Origin: Escherichia coli
GTDB lineage: Bacteria; Pseudomonadota; Gammaproteobacteria; Enterobacterales; Enterobacteriaceae
Length of the DNA stretch: 64,000 bases
Assembly: GCA_025544715.1 (NCBI GenBank)
Contig: GCA_025544715.1_4109.2
Direction: 5' to 3' (one strand)
Position numbers and translations under genes: made by a program. Below are positions 9,057 to 18,955 of the stretch, piece by piece. The notes below the pieces were generated by a model. It saw only the letters and a program-made list of their open reading frames with translations, was not told where the DNA came from and did not search any database. The first letter of the stretch is position 1. Each line of letters opens with the position of its first letter.

Positions 9057-9317
9057 TTAGAATTTCTCCGAAATTACTAGAGTGTCATCATAATCTTCTG
9101 CAATCTCATGAAGAACTTTTAAGTTACTTTCACCAGAAACGCTTTGTACTTCGTTCAAAAGATAGTTTAGATCAACTTTAGTTACTTTTTCTGAATCAAA
9201 TACACAGAAAGTCAATTCGGCGTTTGGACAGATCTTCTTCAGATTATCAGCAACAACTTGTTTGAAGTTGAAAGATGGGGAAGCAACCAGGTTAACTGCA
9301 ACGAGAATAGATTTCAT
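9057..9317 (-). CDS. hypothetical protein (86 aa)
   Basis: ORF track. Confidence 0.4.
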   Translation of the reverse strand: MKSILVAVNLVASPSFNFKQVVADNLKKICPNAELTFCVFDSEKVTKVDLNYLLNEVQSVSGESNLKVLHEIAEDYDDTLVISEKF

Positions 9318-9356
9318 AATGTTTTCCTTTTTAGCTGATAATTAAATTAGGAGCAC

Positions 9357-9385
9357 ATTGTACTCCATATTATTTGTTATGTCAA
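9357..9385 (-). promoter_or_regulatory. sigma70-like promoter (TTGACA-17-TACAAT)
   Basis: minus-strand reading, upstream of 9057-9317. Confidence 0.45.
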
Positions 9386-9391
9386 ATACTT

Positions 9392-9643
9392 TTAGATACC
9401 AAGTGCAGTAGATAACTCTTTACGTTTGTTATATGAATCAGATTCAATCTTACTTTTCTTGTTGAAAAGGGATTCGATATCCTTATAGATTGCTTCGATA
9501 GATTTAGTTACTACCCATTCTGATTCTTGAAGCATACCTTGGAGTCGTGCGTACTCAACTTTGATAGTACTGCGAAGTTCTTCACAAACTTCTTCATTCT
9601 TAATTAGTGCAGCACTAAGTTCTTTGACCTTATCGATGTTCAT
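9392..9643 (-). CDS. hypothetical protein (83 aa)
   Basis: ORF track. Confidence 0.4.
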   Translation of the reverse strand: MNIDKVKELSAALIKNEEVCEELRSTIKVEYARLQGMLQESEWVVTKSIEAIYKDIESLFNKKSKIESDSYNKRKELSTALGI

Positions 9644-9677
9644 AAGTTCCTTACTCTAATTTGTTTTTAACAAAATA

Positions 9678-9706
9678 ATTATATATAACATACTAAATTA
9701 TGTCAA
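9678..9706 (-). promoter_or_regulatory. sigma70-like promoter (TTGACA-17-TATAAT)
   Basis: consensus hexamers on minus strand. Confidence 0.55.
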
Positions 9707-10128
9707 GTATTTTTAGTACCTTCTTCTGCCATTTTTGTGATATACCAATTAAGTACTGATTTGTGTACCATAAAAAATGTGAATGCAAATATAACAATAG
9801 CTGCTGATGTAACACTATTAGATAATGACCCAAGTTGGATGTTAGTACCTAAAATAACAATAAATGGATACAACACAATCAATCTACTGTAAGGTTCGTC
9901 TCCAGTATCACGGAGAAATCCAAGCCTTTCATGATCAGTATCCATAGTGACAATTGGACAGAACATAAGTGCAGACATAAGAGCAATACCAATTTGTGCT
10001 ACATTGGAAATTGTAAACCACAAAGGATTTAAACCATATGAAATATTATTTTCTGTACAGTAGTAACCAAACGAATTGAATGCACAAACTAAAAATACAA
10101 AAATACAAATCTTATTATAACCTCTCAT
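9703..10128 (-). CDS. hypothetical membrane protein (141 aa)
   Basis: multiple hydrophobic helices. Confidence 0.45.
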   Translation of the reverse strand: MRGYNKICIFVFLVCAFNSFGYYCTENNISYGLNPLWFTISNVAQIGIALMSALMFCPIVTMDTDHERLGFLRDTGDEPYSRLIVLYPFIVILGTNIQLGSLSNSVTSAAIVIFAFTFFMVHKSVLNWYITKMAEEGTKNT

Positions 10129-10547
10129 TTGTTTAGCTCCGTTAATTTTCGTTTAACTTCTAGATCATGAAATTCATCGGCATATGAGTTTTGAACAGTT
10201 CTGATGTATTCCAACATAACAAACATAGTTCCACATACCCATAGATATGTATAGTAATCAAATACAAATGCATATAACATACACGGTACTAAAATGAAAG
10301 TGTAAACAAAACTATATCGTGTAGTTCCAAATACTTTCAGATATAACAAACGTCGATAATCACGGGCAAATGTATTGATGCACACTGAAAATGTAATTAA
10401 TGTATACCATGAAATACCCTGAATTAAACCTGAAACATTTACAAGTTTATGTTCATCGGAAAACCCCAGTGCATTTAGCACTGGAGCCATAACCCAACCA
10501 ATAATACTAATAAGAAAAAGATATTTTGCATTACTTAGTGTGAACAT
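10125..10547 (-). CDS. hypothetical membrane protein (140 aa)
   Basis: multiple hydrophobic helices; 4-nt overlap with downstream gene. Confidence 0.45.
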   Translation of the reverse strand: MFTLSNAKYLFLISIIGWVMAPVLNALGFSDEHKLVNVSGLIQGISWYTLITFSVCINTFARDYRRLLYLKVFGTTRYSFVYTFILVPCMLYAFVFDYYTYLWVCGTMFVMLEYIRTVQNSYADEFHDLEVKRKLTELNK

Positions 10548-10548
10548 A

Positions 10549-11007
10549 TTACTTTAGTCCCCATGCTTTTTTGATTGCATCAACAGAGTTTTGGTCCACT
10601 ACTTCCTTTTTTTCTGATGTAGTTTGAAGTTTATTAATTACATATTCCTTTGCATCTTTTTCTATCATAAATTTACCATCAACCAACACACCAAAAACTT
10701 TAGAATTTCGGGCTGGATATGGATTAATTTCATCAAGAGTACGGACTTTCTTATCAACTATAATGGCTTTGATGTAACCAGTTTCAAGTACTGTTGTAAT
10801 CACAGTCATTTCAATTGCAACTGGTGAATCCTCCCAATATGCAATCCATTTAGTAAAGCTACGATCAGGTGAATCCTTTGTGCATTTTAATTTAATTGCA
10901 CTATTAAAAATGTATTGTTTAAAATTGTCATCGACAACTTCACTAATACTCAAATAACCTTCACGATCTTCTGTGTTACGTTTGAAATTTGTAGCTAATA
11001 CATCCAT
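10549..11007 (-). CDS. hypothetical protein (152 aa)
   Basis: ORF track. Confidence 0.5.
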   Translation of the reverse strand: MDVLATNFKRNTEDREGYLSISEVVDDNFKQYIFNSAIKLKCTKDSPDRSFTKWIAYWEDSPVAIEMTVITTVLETGYIKAIIVDKKVRTLDEINPYPARNSKVFGVLVDGKFMIEKDAKEYVINKLQTTSEKKEVVDQNSVDAIKKAWGLK

Positions 11008-11048
11008 TTTCCATCCCCCTTGGGTTACTTGGTGTGTTAATTATAATA

Positions 11049-11525
11049 CTAAGAATCTTTGTTGTCAAACTTTTCCCTCAAGTATTTTTCTATTAATCTA
11101 ATTTGTGTTGGTGGTAAGATAAAATAATCGTACATAGATTTACTACCATGTATCGAACAACCTACACTAATACTATAATCATATGGATATAAGTATATTG
11201 GGTCTTGTATATCAGGTATGAAAACTATTCTTGATATATTACCATTTCCTATTCTTACTTGGACGTTATCATTATTATTAATATAATTTCTTATACAGTA
11301 CTCAATTATACCATTTACTTTAGAATCATAACCATAATTTTTATATTCAGGAAAAATGAAATAGCGTTCATGGTATAGATATGAGCATAGTAATGCTGGG
11401 AAAAAATTCCAAAAACCTTCATGCTTTGCAATTGTTTGTGCATATTTAAAATGATTAGCATTACTAAAAATATTATACAGTACAAAATACACAAATGGAC
11501 TTACCAACAACACTATTGTTAACAT
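11049..11525 (-). CDS. hypothetical protein (158 aa)
   Basis: ORF track; hydrophobic N-terminus. Confidence 0.5.
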   Translation of the reverse strand: MLTIVLLVSPFVYFVLYNIFSNANHFKYAQTIAKHEGFWNFFPALLCSYLYHERYFIFPEYKNYGYDSKVNGIIEYCIRNYINNNDNVQVRIGNGNISRIVFIPDIQDPIYLYPYDYSISVGCSIHGSKSMYDYFILPPTQIRLIEKYLREKFDNKDS

Positions 11526-11986
11526 CAGAAGCCTCTGTATTTTTCATACACTTCAACGCATTCCATGATTTTGTCGTCGTCCATCATATCATAGCCTTGT
11601 AGAAATTCTTCTTTATCAACCTTCCCTGCCATCATATCTGTGTCAGAAATTCTGGAGTCATAGAAGGAATACATATCTTTATAGTACTGGTTTTTGTGTT
11701 GCTCAATTTTTACTTTAGCATATCCAGCACAAAATGAAGGAGATTTAACAACTTCCCATTTATGCTTCTTGATGGGTTTATCATTAGCATGTTTTTCCCT
11801 GTATGTCTGACGATAACGTTCACGCATTTCAGGCATGTATTCTTCAGCAGTACGTTTAGGGGGAGTTTTACCAGTCCCAATAGTTTTAATAGTTTGACGT
11901 TGTTCTTCTGCGTGTACTGGGGAAATGAAACATGATGTACCAAACAGTACTGCTACGATAACCATAAAATTCTTAAACATAATCAA
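11525..11986 (-). CDS. hypothetical secreted protein (153 aa)
   Basis: signal peptide-like MIMFKNFMVIVAVLFGTSCFISPVHA. Confidence 0.5.
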   Translation of the reverse strand: MIMFKNFMVIVAVLFGTSCFISPVHAEEQRQTIKTIGTGKTPPKRTAEEYMPEMRERYRQTYREKHANDKPIKKHKWEVVKSPSFCAGYAKVKIEQHKNQYYKDMYSFYDSRISDTDMMAGKVDKEEFLQGYDMMDDDKIMECVEVYEKYRGF

Positions 11987-12210
11987 ACCTCTTTTACAAT
12001 AATATCGATTGATACTGGAATTGCAATTTCACTATTACATGAATATACATCAGCACAGTACTCAATATCTAGTACTTTATAATATTTCTCAAAACCACAA
12101 ATGGTAAGATTCAACGTTGACCCAACTGCTGGGAGTACAGGAAATGATAAGAACGCAATTTTAGAATGAAACTCTTCATTGATATCTTGATATACAGTTG
12201 CATTAATCAC
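11983..12210 (-). CDS. hypothetical protein (75 aa)
   Basis: ORF track; ATGA overlaps both sides. Confidence 0.4.
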   Translation of the reverse strand: MINATVYQDINEEFHSKIAFLSFPVLPAVGSTLNLTICGFEKYYKVLDIEYCADVYSCNSEIAIPVSIDIIVKEV

Positions 12211-12791
12211 AATGGTAACTCCTGTAGTGGTTTCATAATACCGAGTACTGGGTGATTTTCAATCATTGGTCGCCCTGGTACACCAGTTAGGATAACTGGG
12301 ATAGAACTAATATCTTTTACATAGTTGAATCCCTCAAACGTGAACTCTTGTTTTTTCTCATTATACAATACCCATAGTATTACGTCAGCTTTTTTCTGGA
12401 TATTTTTTAACTGTCGAGTACTAACACATGGTCCAAAGTCAGTCCATGATTTATACTTGATACCTTTTACTTCAATACGAAGGTTGTTTACCTTAATATC
12501 ACATTCACCGTCACGTGCTTCATTTTGGAATGCTGGATCGATATTAAGTTTAATACCAGTATTGTTCTCAATTTCATTAAAAAGTACTAAAGATGCGTGC
12601 TCACATACCATACCAACAAAATGACTATGTGCATGATTAAAACCATATGGCGATTTACTGGCTGGAGCCAAAAGTTTATATCGTTCTGATTTTTCAATCG
12701 CTTTTGCCATAAAAGAATCAGCTTCATCTTTATATAACTTAACAGTCATTTTTCCATTTTTCAGTACTAATCTATTATCAATAACATTCAT
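12207..12791 (-). CDS. hypothetical protein (194 aa)
   Basis: ORF track; weak PD-(D/E)xK-like pattern GECD...IEVKG, not sufficient to call. Confidence 0.5.
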   Translation of the reverse strand: MNVIDNRLVLKNGKMTVKLYKDEADSFMAKAIEKSERYKLLAPASKSPYGFNHAHSHFVGMVCEHASLVLFNEIENNTGIKLNIDPAFQNEARDGECDIKVNNLRIEVKGIKYKSWTDFGPCVSTRQLKNIQKKADVILWVLYNEKKQEFTFEGFNYVKDISSIPVILTGVPGRPMIENHPVLGIMKPLQELPL

Positions 12792-12818
12792 AAAAACACC
12801 TCATTATTCATTCACTAC

Positions 12819-12847
12819 ATGATAACACCAAATCATACACCAGTCAA
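12819..12847 (-). promoter_or_regulatory. sigma70-like promoter (TTGACT-17-TATCAT)
   Basis: divergent intergenic region, minus strand. Confidence 0.35.
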
Positions 12848-12856
12848 GCTCATTTT

Positions 12857-12885
12857 TTGGATATGCATAATAAATACGTTATAAT
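12857..12885 (+). promoter_or_regulatory. sigma70-like promoter (TTGGAT-17-TATAAT) for plus-strand gene
   Basis: plus strand; followed by GGAGGG RBS and ATG at 12908. Confidence 0.45.
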
Positions 12886-12907
12886 AATTATACCAATGGA
12901 GGGATAA

Positions 12908-14062
12908 ATGTCAAGGTCAATTGCTGCGGCTGGACGCTATAAGTTTGGTGAATGTGGTTATGTTGTTGATGGTGCAATCCTCAACGATGGAACTAGACTA
13001 AAAAATATTAGAATCTATCGCCAAAGAAGCCATAGATTATATGATTTAGTTGATCCCAGAACTAATATAATATATCGTAAAGTACAAATAACAACTAAAG
13101 ATAATAAAGGTTATCTATTAAATTACAATAAAACTAATGACCAACTATTAAGTGAAATTAATAAAAATTGTTTCTTTGTTCGTGGATATTCCGAAGAGCC
13201 ACAAGAAACTGATACTGGATTTGTATATAAATTCATGCTACATAAAACAATTTTAGGTAGTTCACAAACCTTGTATCATATGTATACACCTGAATGTGGT
13301 ATTATAGATCGTGATATAGATAATATTCTCATTTCACCAGTATTTGTTGGTAATGACTCAATTAGTGGTAAATTATTCAATACTGGTTCAGAAATTGATA
13401 CTAATGGTATGGTAATAACAATCGTATTACCAGACGGAACAGAATACTTTACTACCCAATTTGTTAATGATGCATTTACAATTCCAGTTGATGTTATCAC
13501 ACAATCAGGGAAAGGTACTGCTACACTCACTTCTCCATATTATAACACTAAAGTGGTGGAATTTGATGTACTTGAAAGTGGAGAAGATATTGATTTTGTT
13601 ACATCAGTTCTTCTATCCCAATTTGAACCTGTTTCGGAAGGTGTATTTTCTGCGGTTGTTCCATTTGATGTTCATGATCGTGGACAGTACTTAGCACTTC
13701 AAGCATACAGTGGTGACTTATATCAAGTTGGTGTAGATCTTTCTGTAGACGCAGAAGGTAATATTACTGTTTATCAAACTGATAATTTACCTGTTTCTTT
13801 GAGTATAATCGGAAAAACACTGCATACTACTCCTTTCCATAAAGAATATACTTTAAGTGAGTGGGTTCTCGGTGAAGACTCTATGTACTCTATCTCAGTT
13901 CCTGTAACTGAACATGGTAAAGCACTACCACAAGTTCAATTATATTCTTCAGACAATCACGTAGTTCATAGCGAAATACAAGTTGATGAAGATGATAATG
14001 TGATTTTAAAAGTAGTAGAACCACTAGACTGTTCAGTCGTAATAGTTGGTTACAACGCATAA
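12908..14062 (+). CDS. hypothetical protein (384 aa); only clear plus-strand gene
   Basis: long ORF with strong RBS, own promoter and downstream terminator. Confidence 0.6.
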   Translation: MSRSIAAAGRYKFGECGYVVDGAILNDGTRLKNIRIYRQRSHRLYDLVDPRTNIIYRKVQITTKDNKGYLLNYNKTNDQLLSEINKNCFFVRGYSEEPQETDTGFVYKFMLHKTILGSSQTLYHMYTPECGIIDRDIDNILISPVFVGNDSISGKLFNTGSEIDTNGMVITIVLPDGTEYFTTQFVNDAFTIPVDVITQSGKGTATLTSPYYNTKVVEFDVLESGEDIDFVTSVLLSQFEPVSEGVFSAVVPFDVHDRGQYLALQAYSGDLYQVGVDLSVDAEGNITVYQTDNLPVSLSIIGKTLHTTPFHKEYTLSEWVLGEDSMYSISVPVTEHGKALPQVQLYSSDNHVVHSEIQVDEDDNVILKVVEPLDCSVVIVGYNA

Positions 14063-14068
14063 TAAAAA

Positions 14069-14097
14069 AGCCACTACAATGTAGTGGCTTTAATTTT
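14069..14097. terminator. bidirectional intrinsic terminator
   Basis: AGCCACTAC-aat-GTAGTGGCT hairpin flanked by A-run and T-run between convergent genes. Confidence 0.6.
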
Positions 14098-14103
14098 ATC
14101 TAA

Positions 14104-14916
14104 TTATTTGAAATTATCACGTAGAACTTCTTCAAGTGTTTTATCTGGATTGTTAATAGCTACATTATAAATCAATTCTTTAAATGCAGTTAGTGCTTGC
14201 TCAGTTGCTTCTGGACTAAAGTTTTCACTAATGCTTTTAAACATACTTTGTGCACGTTCTGTTTGGATACAACTAGTTACAAACTTGTCAATTTCATTAC
14301 GAAGCTGCTTAGTTGTCATGTCACCAATGAGCATCTCACTAATTTCTTTTGGTTCATCTGCACTTGTTCGGACATTCGTAAAGCCAAACACATCATCACC
14401 TGAACCAAAGCTACGTTTTTCTTTTTTGGTTTCTTTTACTGGTTCTTCTTCAACTTCTTGTTCGTATTCTTTAGTAAAGAGATGGGATAGTACATCATCA
14501 AGATTTTTAACCATACCATCAATACGAGATTCAGCATTCTTGGATACATGTTTGAATGCTTGCTCTAGTGCTTTTTCTTGAATCTGGTCACGAACATTAT
14601 TAACTACATTACGAAGTTTTTCATTACAGTTGTCTAAAATTTCTAATACTTCACCAGTTTTGATTTTTTCCAAAAGTACATCTAAATCAGATTTTACATT
14701 TTGTTTTTGACTTACTTCACCATTAAGAATTGAATTCAATTCTTTAGCACCTTCAACTGCTTCTTCATGTGTTTTAAATTCAACTGGTACATCAACACCA
14801 TCCAGTACAATATTAAGCACTTTACCATCAACGTAGGCGTAGGAGTAAGATGCTTTTTTGAAAGAAATAGTTTTGAAGAAAATGTTGCTCATATTGATAT
14901 ACTCCTTAGTGCCCAC
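14104..14916 (-). CDS. hypothetical protein (270 aa)
   Basis: ORF track; acidic, helical-looking. Confidence 0.55.
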   Translation of the reverse strand: MGTKEYINMSNIFFKTISFKKASYSYAYVDGKVLNIVLDGVDVPVEFKTHEEAVEGAKELNSILNGEVSQKQNVKSDLDVLLEKIKTGEVLEILDNCNEKLRNVVNNVRDQIQEKALEQAFKHVSKNAESRIDGMVKNLDDVLSHLFTKEYEQEVEEEPVKETKKEKRSFGSGDDVFGFTNVRTSADEPKEISEMLIGDMTTKQLRNEIDKFVTSCIQTERAQSMFKSISENFSPEATEQALTAFKELIYNVAINNPDKTLEEVLRDNFK

Positions 14917-15247
14917 TAGCTGGGAAGGTTTTAAACATATAGTGACATTGTACTAAATCATCGAACTTCAATCCGAAATCTTTAGTACCCATCAGTGTGT
15001 GGTAAAAATAATGCGAAATTGTATTAGTTTCAGCGTCTTTAACATAGATACCAAATTCGGTACAGCAAAACTGAACAACTTCATTATAACTTTCTAACTT
15101 GGAAATTACAAGTACTTGATCATAAGAATTTTTATCAAATCCAATGATGTACATTTCCTCTGTTTCTGGGTGTACAATCATCCCACCGCGAGAAATAATT
15201 TTCTCGAAGTTACTGCTCAAGTACTGAATTGTTGAACTTAAGTTCAT
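14906..15247 (-). CDS. hypothetical protein (113 aa)
   Basis: ORF track. Confidence 0.45.
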   Translation of the reverse strand: MNLSSTIQYLSSNFEKIISRGGMIVHPETEEMYIIGFDKNSYDQVLVISKLESYNEVVQFCCTEFGIYVKDAETNTISHYFYHTLMGTKDFGLKFDDLVQCHYMFKTFPASGH

Positions 15248-15457
15248 TTACAACTCCTTACGTATTACTCGTCCGGTAAGATGTTCATCTGTACAGAACT
15301 TCATTATAAATGCTTTTAGATGGAAGTCTTCTAAAATTCTATATGCTTGCTTTTTCATAACGACTTCCTTCTTCTCCACATCAACAATTATATCATGTTT
15401 CTCGTGAAGTTCCTGGATCATTTGATATGAATTCAAACTTAGTACGCTCATAACCAC
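15248..15457 (-). CDS. hypothetical protein (69 aa)
   Basis: ORF track. Confidence 0.35.
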   Translation of the reverse strand: MVMSVLSLNSYQMIQELHEKHDIIVDVEKKEVVMKKQAYRILEDFHLKAFIMKFCTDEHLTGRVIRKEL

Positions 15458-15767
15458 CTATGTCCTCCATCTCCCACAAAATTTGAACTGCCACTTCTAA
15501 TTCGTGGTGAATTTGAAAATAACCATTACTTGCAGTGTAGATGTAGCCATTTTTAGTAATTGCATAACCCCACTTTTTACTTTGAGAATGCATCTCACGT
15601 TTCAACCCATAAGGGGAAGGTGGCTTCTTGACTGGTTCTGGTTCTCGGTTTTCGTTGTAAATCTCTTGTTCGATTCGCAACGCTTTATGATATGAGTATA
15701 CATGAATCAGGCGACAAAGTACAATAGTAATGCAACAAATAATTGTAAATGTGATCAAGCTCATCAA
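15393..15767 (-). CDS. hypothetical protein with N-terminal TM segment (124 aa)
   Basis: ORF track; true start may be a downstream Met because of overlap. Confidence 0.4.
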   Translation of the reverse strand: MMSLITFTIICCITIVLCRLIHVYSYHKALRIEQEIYNENREPEPVKKPPSPYGLKREMHSQSKKWGYAITKNGYIYTASNGYFQIHHELEVAVQILWEMEDIGGYERTKFEFISNDPGTSRET

Positions 15768-16183
15768 TTTGCCCTCTGCCTAGATACATATTCATTAATT
15801 GCATCTTCCAAATCATACCCTGACATTTTTACATTATCAATAGAAACATGATATTTTTTCAGCACTTTTTGTCCAGCAGTGTTCTCCCATATCGACCCAT
15901 CAGGTTCAATATGAACTTTATGGTTCAGGATGAAATCGAACATTTCTTCTTTTGATAAGTTTGCTTTACGGGTTTCAATGTGATTAGTATTAAGTAATTC
16001 ACGAGTATGTTTAATGCCATATTCAGTGTGCTCACCAACACTACGATGCAAAACTTTTAACTGCTCGGCAGCAGTTTCTTCATCATAAACATGAATAGTT
16101 TCAGTACTATATAAAATATCCTGAATATTACCAGTACTTACTTCTGTCCAAGTGTCTTTGAAATGAATTTTGATTGTTTTCAT
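15764..16183 (-). CDS. hypothetical protein (139 aa)
   Basis: ORF track. Confidence 0.45.
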   Translation of the reverse strand: MKTIKIHFKDTWTEVSTGNIQDILYSTETIHVYDEETAAEQLKVLHRSVGEHTEYGIKHTRELLNTNHIETRKANLSKEEMFDFILNHKVHIEPDGSIWENTAGQKVLKKYHVSIDNVKMSGYDLEDAINEYVSRQRAN

Positions 16184-16194
16184 AGAAGCTCGTA

Positions 16195-16641
16195 TTAGTT
16201 ATATGCTGTGAATAGATCAATGTTTTTATCATCTACACTGATTAATTTGCCAGTTGAACTAACAAACACAATATTTCCACCTGGCGTTAGTTGAACACGC
16301 TGGTTTACTGAATATTGCCCATTAAGGTTGTAATCAGCCCATTCGACTACATAACGTTGAATAACACCGTTAGTATCATAAAGATAAACGTGTGTCACGT
16401 CACGCATTTTCAAACGTTCCAACAATGTAGAGTTATCCATGAAATCAGATGGTGTATTGCTGCGTAAAGCAATACCAAACTCACCGATACCAGTACTAAT
16501 TGTCAGTCCGTTTGAAAAACGGCTACAAAGAGTCTTCTCATCAGCAATATGCATCCATAAAACATTCTTTACATCAATATCAACAAATTCACAGTTTTCA
16601 AAAACCAAACCTACTTTGGAAACTTTACCATTAAATTGCAT
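16195..16641 (-). CDS. hypothetical protein (148 aa)
   Basis: ORF track. Confidence 0.45.
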   Translation of the reverse strand: MQFNGKVSKVGLVFENCEFVDIDVKNVLWMHIADEKTLCSRFSNGLTISTGIGEFGIALRSNTPSDFMDNSTLLERLKMRDVTHVYLYDTNGVIQRYVVEWADYNLNGQYSVNQRVQLTPGGNIVFVSSTGKLISVDDKNIDLFTAYN

Positions 16642-17086
16642 TAGTAACTCCTATTTTTTTATATTTTAAAATTAAATCACTCACGGCTTTCATTAGATTA
16701 TATGGAATAGCTAACTCTTTAACAGTACTATCCATAAAATGTTCTTCTTCGGTATCATAAAATGTTGAACTATAGTGTTCACAATCATTTATACTATCAT
16801 AAAAAGAAGACGTAAGTTTATCGACAATGACAGTGATTTGTTTACCAGTTTTGGTATATCCTACCTGAACGGTTAATCCAATATCCTCAGCCTCTACACG
16901 AATTATAAACGAATTATTAGTATAGTTCAGCCAACAATCTTCACCAAAGTATACAACACTGTGTTTCTTCTGAAATGAAGTAGCGGTGTTAAGAACACCA
17001 ATAGCAACATCAACTGTTTTTTCATTTAAAATATTAGACATTTGTGTTCCTGCTTCGTATGTTTCGTGAAATCTCAAAAATACCAT
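16631..17086 (-). CDS. EE-x-FFQ-x-S motif paralogue family protein
   Basis: C-terminal DTEEEHFMDSTVKEL. Confidence 0.55.
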   Translation of the reverse strand: MVFLRFHETYEAGTQMSNILNEKTVDVAIGVLNTATSFQKKHSVVYFGEDCWLNYTNNSFIIRVEAEDIGLTVQVGYTKTGKQITVIVDKLTSSFYDSINDCEHYSSTFYDTEEEHFMDSTVKELAIPYNLMKAVSDLILKYKKIGVTNAI

Positions 17087-17462
17087 TCAACTGTTCAACA
17101 GTTAAACCCTGTAAATCATAAACAGTTGATAGTTGAAAGAAAAGTTCTGAATCTATAGTATCATGTTCAATTGGAAGATTCAAGAGGTCTTTGTTAATAA
17201 AATAATCATATGTTCGAATTGTCAAAGAATCACCAAAGATATCAATGTAAAATTTCGGAACATTATGTAACGAAACATCTATTAATATGTTTTCAGCCTC
17301 TCTACAAGAAATTTTAGAATTATTTTTATAAGATTGGAATGAAAAATTATAAGGTTCATCGACCGATGTGTATGATGAGGTATCACCTTCGGAAAATATT
17401 ACACCACATTCAATAAGATGTGTTAACGACTTAGGTGGAATTTTTAACATTTCACTTCCCAT
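17034..17462 (-). CDS. EE-x-FFQ-x-S motif paralogue family protein
   Basis: C-terminal DSELFFQLSTVYDL; start probably a downstream Met. Confidence 0.55.
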   Translation of the reverse strand: MGSEMLKIPPKSLTHLIECGVIFSEGDTSSYTSVDEPYNFSFQSYKNNSKISCREAENILIDVSLHNVPKFYIDIFGDSLTIRTYDYFINKDLLNLPIEHDTIDSELFFQLSTVYDLQGLTVEQLNGIFEISRNIRSRNTNV

Positions 17463-17880
17463 CCTTACTCATATTACTACGAATCACCCCACTAAGAAAA
17501 CATATTTTCCTTAATGTATCATAACTGATATTTGTAAGATCATGTACAAAATTCAACTGCAAGTACATTTCTTCAGTTAATTGATTAAATGTATCATCAA
17601 CACAAATGTTAGTATGTTCCGTTATGTCTATTTCTATATTATTTTCCCAAATATCAATGCTAACAGCATAGTCTGATGTATGCCTGGATTGAACTGAAAT
17701 AAAAATATTATTACTGTTGTATAATGTCTCGGTGTACCCATTCAAAAATGATCCAACGACAACATCAAAAATGCCATCTCTAATTGGGTTTTTTGTTTCA
17801 AACGTATCACTACAAACTTGACGGTATACAATGTCAACATACTTATCAATTAAAGTAAACAAATAACTCATTACATTCAC
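17452..17880 (-). CDS. EE-x-FFQ-x-S motif paralogue family protein (divergent)
   Basis: C-terminal LTEEMYLQLNFVHDL. Confidence 0.5.
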   Translation of the reverse strand: MNVMSYLFTLIDKYVDIVYRQVCSDTFETKNPIRDGIFDVVVGSFLNGYTETLYNSNNIFISVQSRHTSDYAVSIDIWENNIEIDITEHTNICVDDTFNQLTEEMYLQLNFVHDLTNISYDTLRKICFLSGVIRSNMSKDGK

Positions 17881-17887
17881 CTATATA

Positions 17888-17918
17888 AGAAAAAAGGCCG
17901 ATTCATTGAATCAGCCTT
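17888..17918 (-). terminator. hairpin plus U6; terminator overlapping promoter start region
   Basis: AAGGCTGATTCA / TGAATCGGCCTT inverted repeat followed by UUUUUU on minus strand. Confidence 0.4.
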
Positions 17919-17920
17919 AA

Positions 17921-17949
17921 GTATAACATGTAAGAAGTTAAAATGTCAA
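17921..17949 (-). promoter_or_regulatory. sigma70-like promoter (TTGACA-17-TTATAC)
   Basis: minus-strand reading. Confidence 0.4.
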
Positions 17950-18035
17950 CTTCTAAATTACAGCATCCAAGAGGAATAAAAAGATACTGTTAGAGGGTAA
18001 CGAATATAATGAATTTGAGGGTAATATCATTATAC

Positions 18036-18091
18036 GTAAAAAGTGATAGCTTCTATACATAAGGAGGAATCAGTACTGACTAGAAGCTATC
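18036..18091 (-). terminator. stem-loop (11-bp stem, 25-nt loop) plus ACUUUUUA
   Basis: GATAGCTTCTA ... TAGAAGCTATC inverted repeat just downstream of ORF 18105-18389. Confidence 0.4.
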
Positions 18092-18104
18092 GGGTTAAAC
18101 GATT

Positions 18105-18389
18105 TCAGTACTGAGTGTTTAGTTTAGGATGAGTATTTCCATCTTCGATTTGTTTTAGAATCGAGTCACGAATTTCTACTGCCCCTTGATAACTATATTT
18201 ATCTTTTGGGATCACCCATGTATATTCACCATCAGTGGTTTTAAAATCAATACATGGATTATCCCTGTATTCAGATGCAATGATTGAAATAACATGTAAT
18301 GAATTCAATGAATGATTTGTATAAGGATAATTGTTATTGTCTCTGAACGTGAATGTTTTTAGTTCATCAGGTGCAACAATGAATTCCAT
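18105..18389 (-). CDS. hypothetical protein (94 aa)
   Basis: ORF track. Confidence 0.4.
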   Translation of the reverse strand: MEFIVAPDELKTFTFRDNNNYPYTNHSLNSLHVISIIASEYRDNPCIDFKTTDGEYTWVIPKDKYSYQGAVEIRDSILKQIEDGNTHPKLNTQY

Positions 18390-18580
18390 TATTCATCCTC
18401 GTACTTCTTGAATGGTGGAACATCTACCTTGAAGTCTTTGCACATCTTAGTTGTACGAACTTCAGTATTGTTGTGATAATTTTTCTTAAATTCATAAGAA
18501 ACATAATTACGAATACCAGGTGTATGAATAATAGCAAGAACCAATGTACGACCAAACAAGCATAATAAATTCCAGAACAT
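18389..18580 (-). CDS. hypothetical protein (63 aa)
   Basis: ORF track. Confidence 0.3.
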   Translation of the reverse strand: MFWNLLCLFGRTLVLAIIHTPGIRNYVSYEFKKNYHNNTEVRTTKMCKDFKVDVPPFKKYEDE

Positions 18581-18589
18581 ATGAATCTC

Positions 18590-18955
18590 CTAATTGTGGG
18601 TTTTAACTAAACGTGAGACAGCTAGTATAGCATTAACCTCATCCAATGTCAACCCACCAATGTCATTAATCATTGAGTACTGAAATAGTGATTCTTCAGT
18701 GTAATGGTAATCATGAGAAGCAATAAAGATTGCTGGTTTAGATGCATCCAAAATTATCTTTGTCATTGTACTATATATATCAAATTGATACAATAGATTT
18801 TCACTTGTATATGCTATGTAGATATTATTTGAATAGGCTGGATGTACCATTGTAAAACCATCATAACATAATATTTTTATGTTCGGATCGTCAAAATTGC
18901 CTGTATAAAGGTTATTACAAACATCTTGCATTATACGTACTATTAGACTAGTCAT
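18590..18955 (-). CDS. EE-x-FFQ-x-S motif paralogue family protein
   Basis: C-terminal YTEESLFQYSMINDIGGLTLDEVNAIL. Confidence 0.55.
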   Translation of the reverse strand: MTSLIVRIMQDVCNNLYTGNFDDPNIKILCYDGFTMVHPAYSNNIYIAYTSENLLYQFDIYSTMTKIILDASKPAIFIASHDYHYTEESLFQYSMINDIGGLTLDEVNAILAVSRLVKTHN

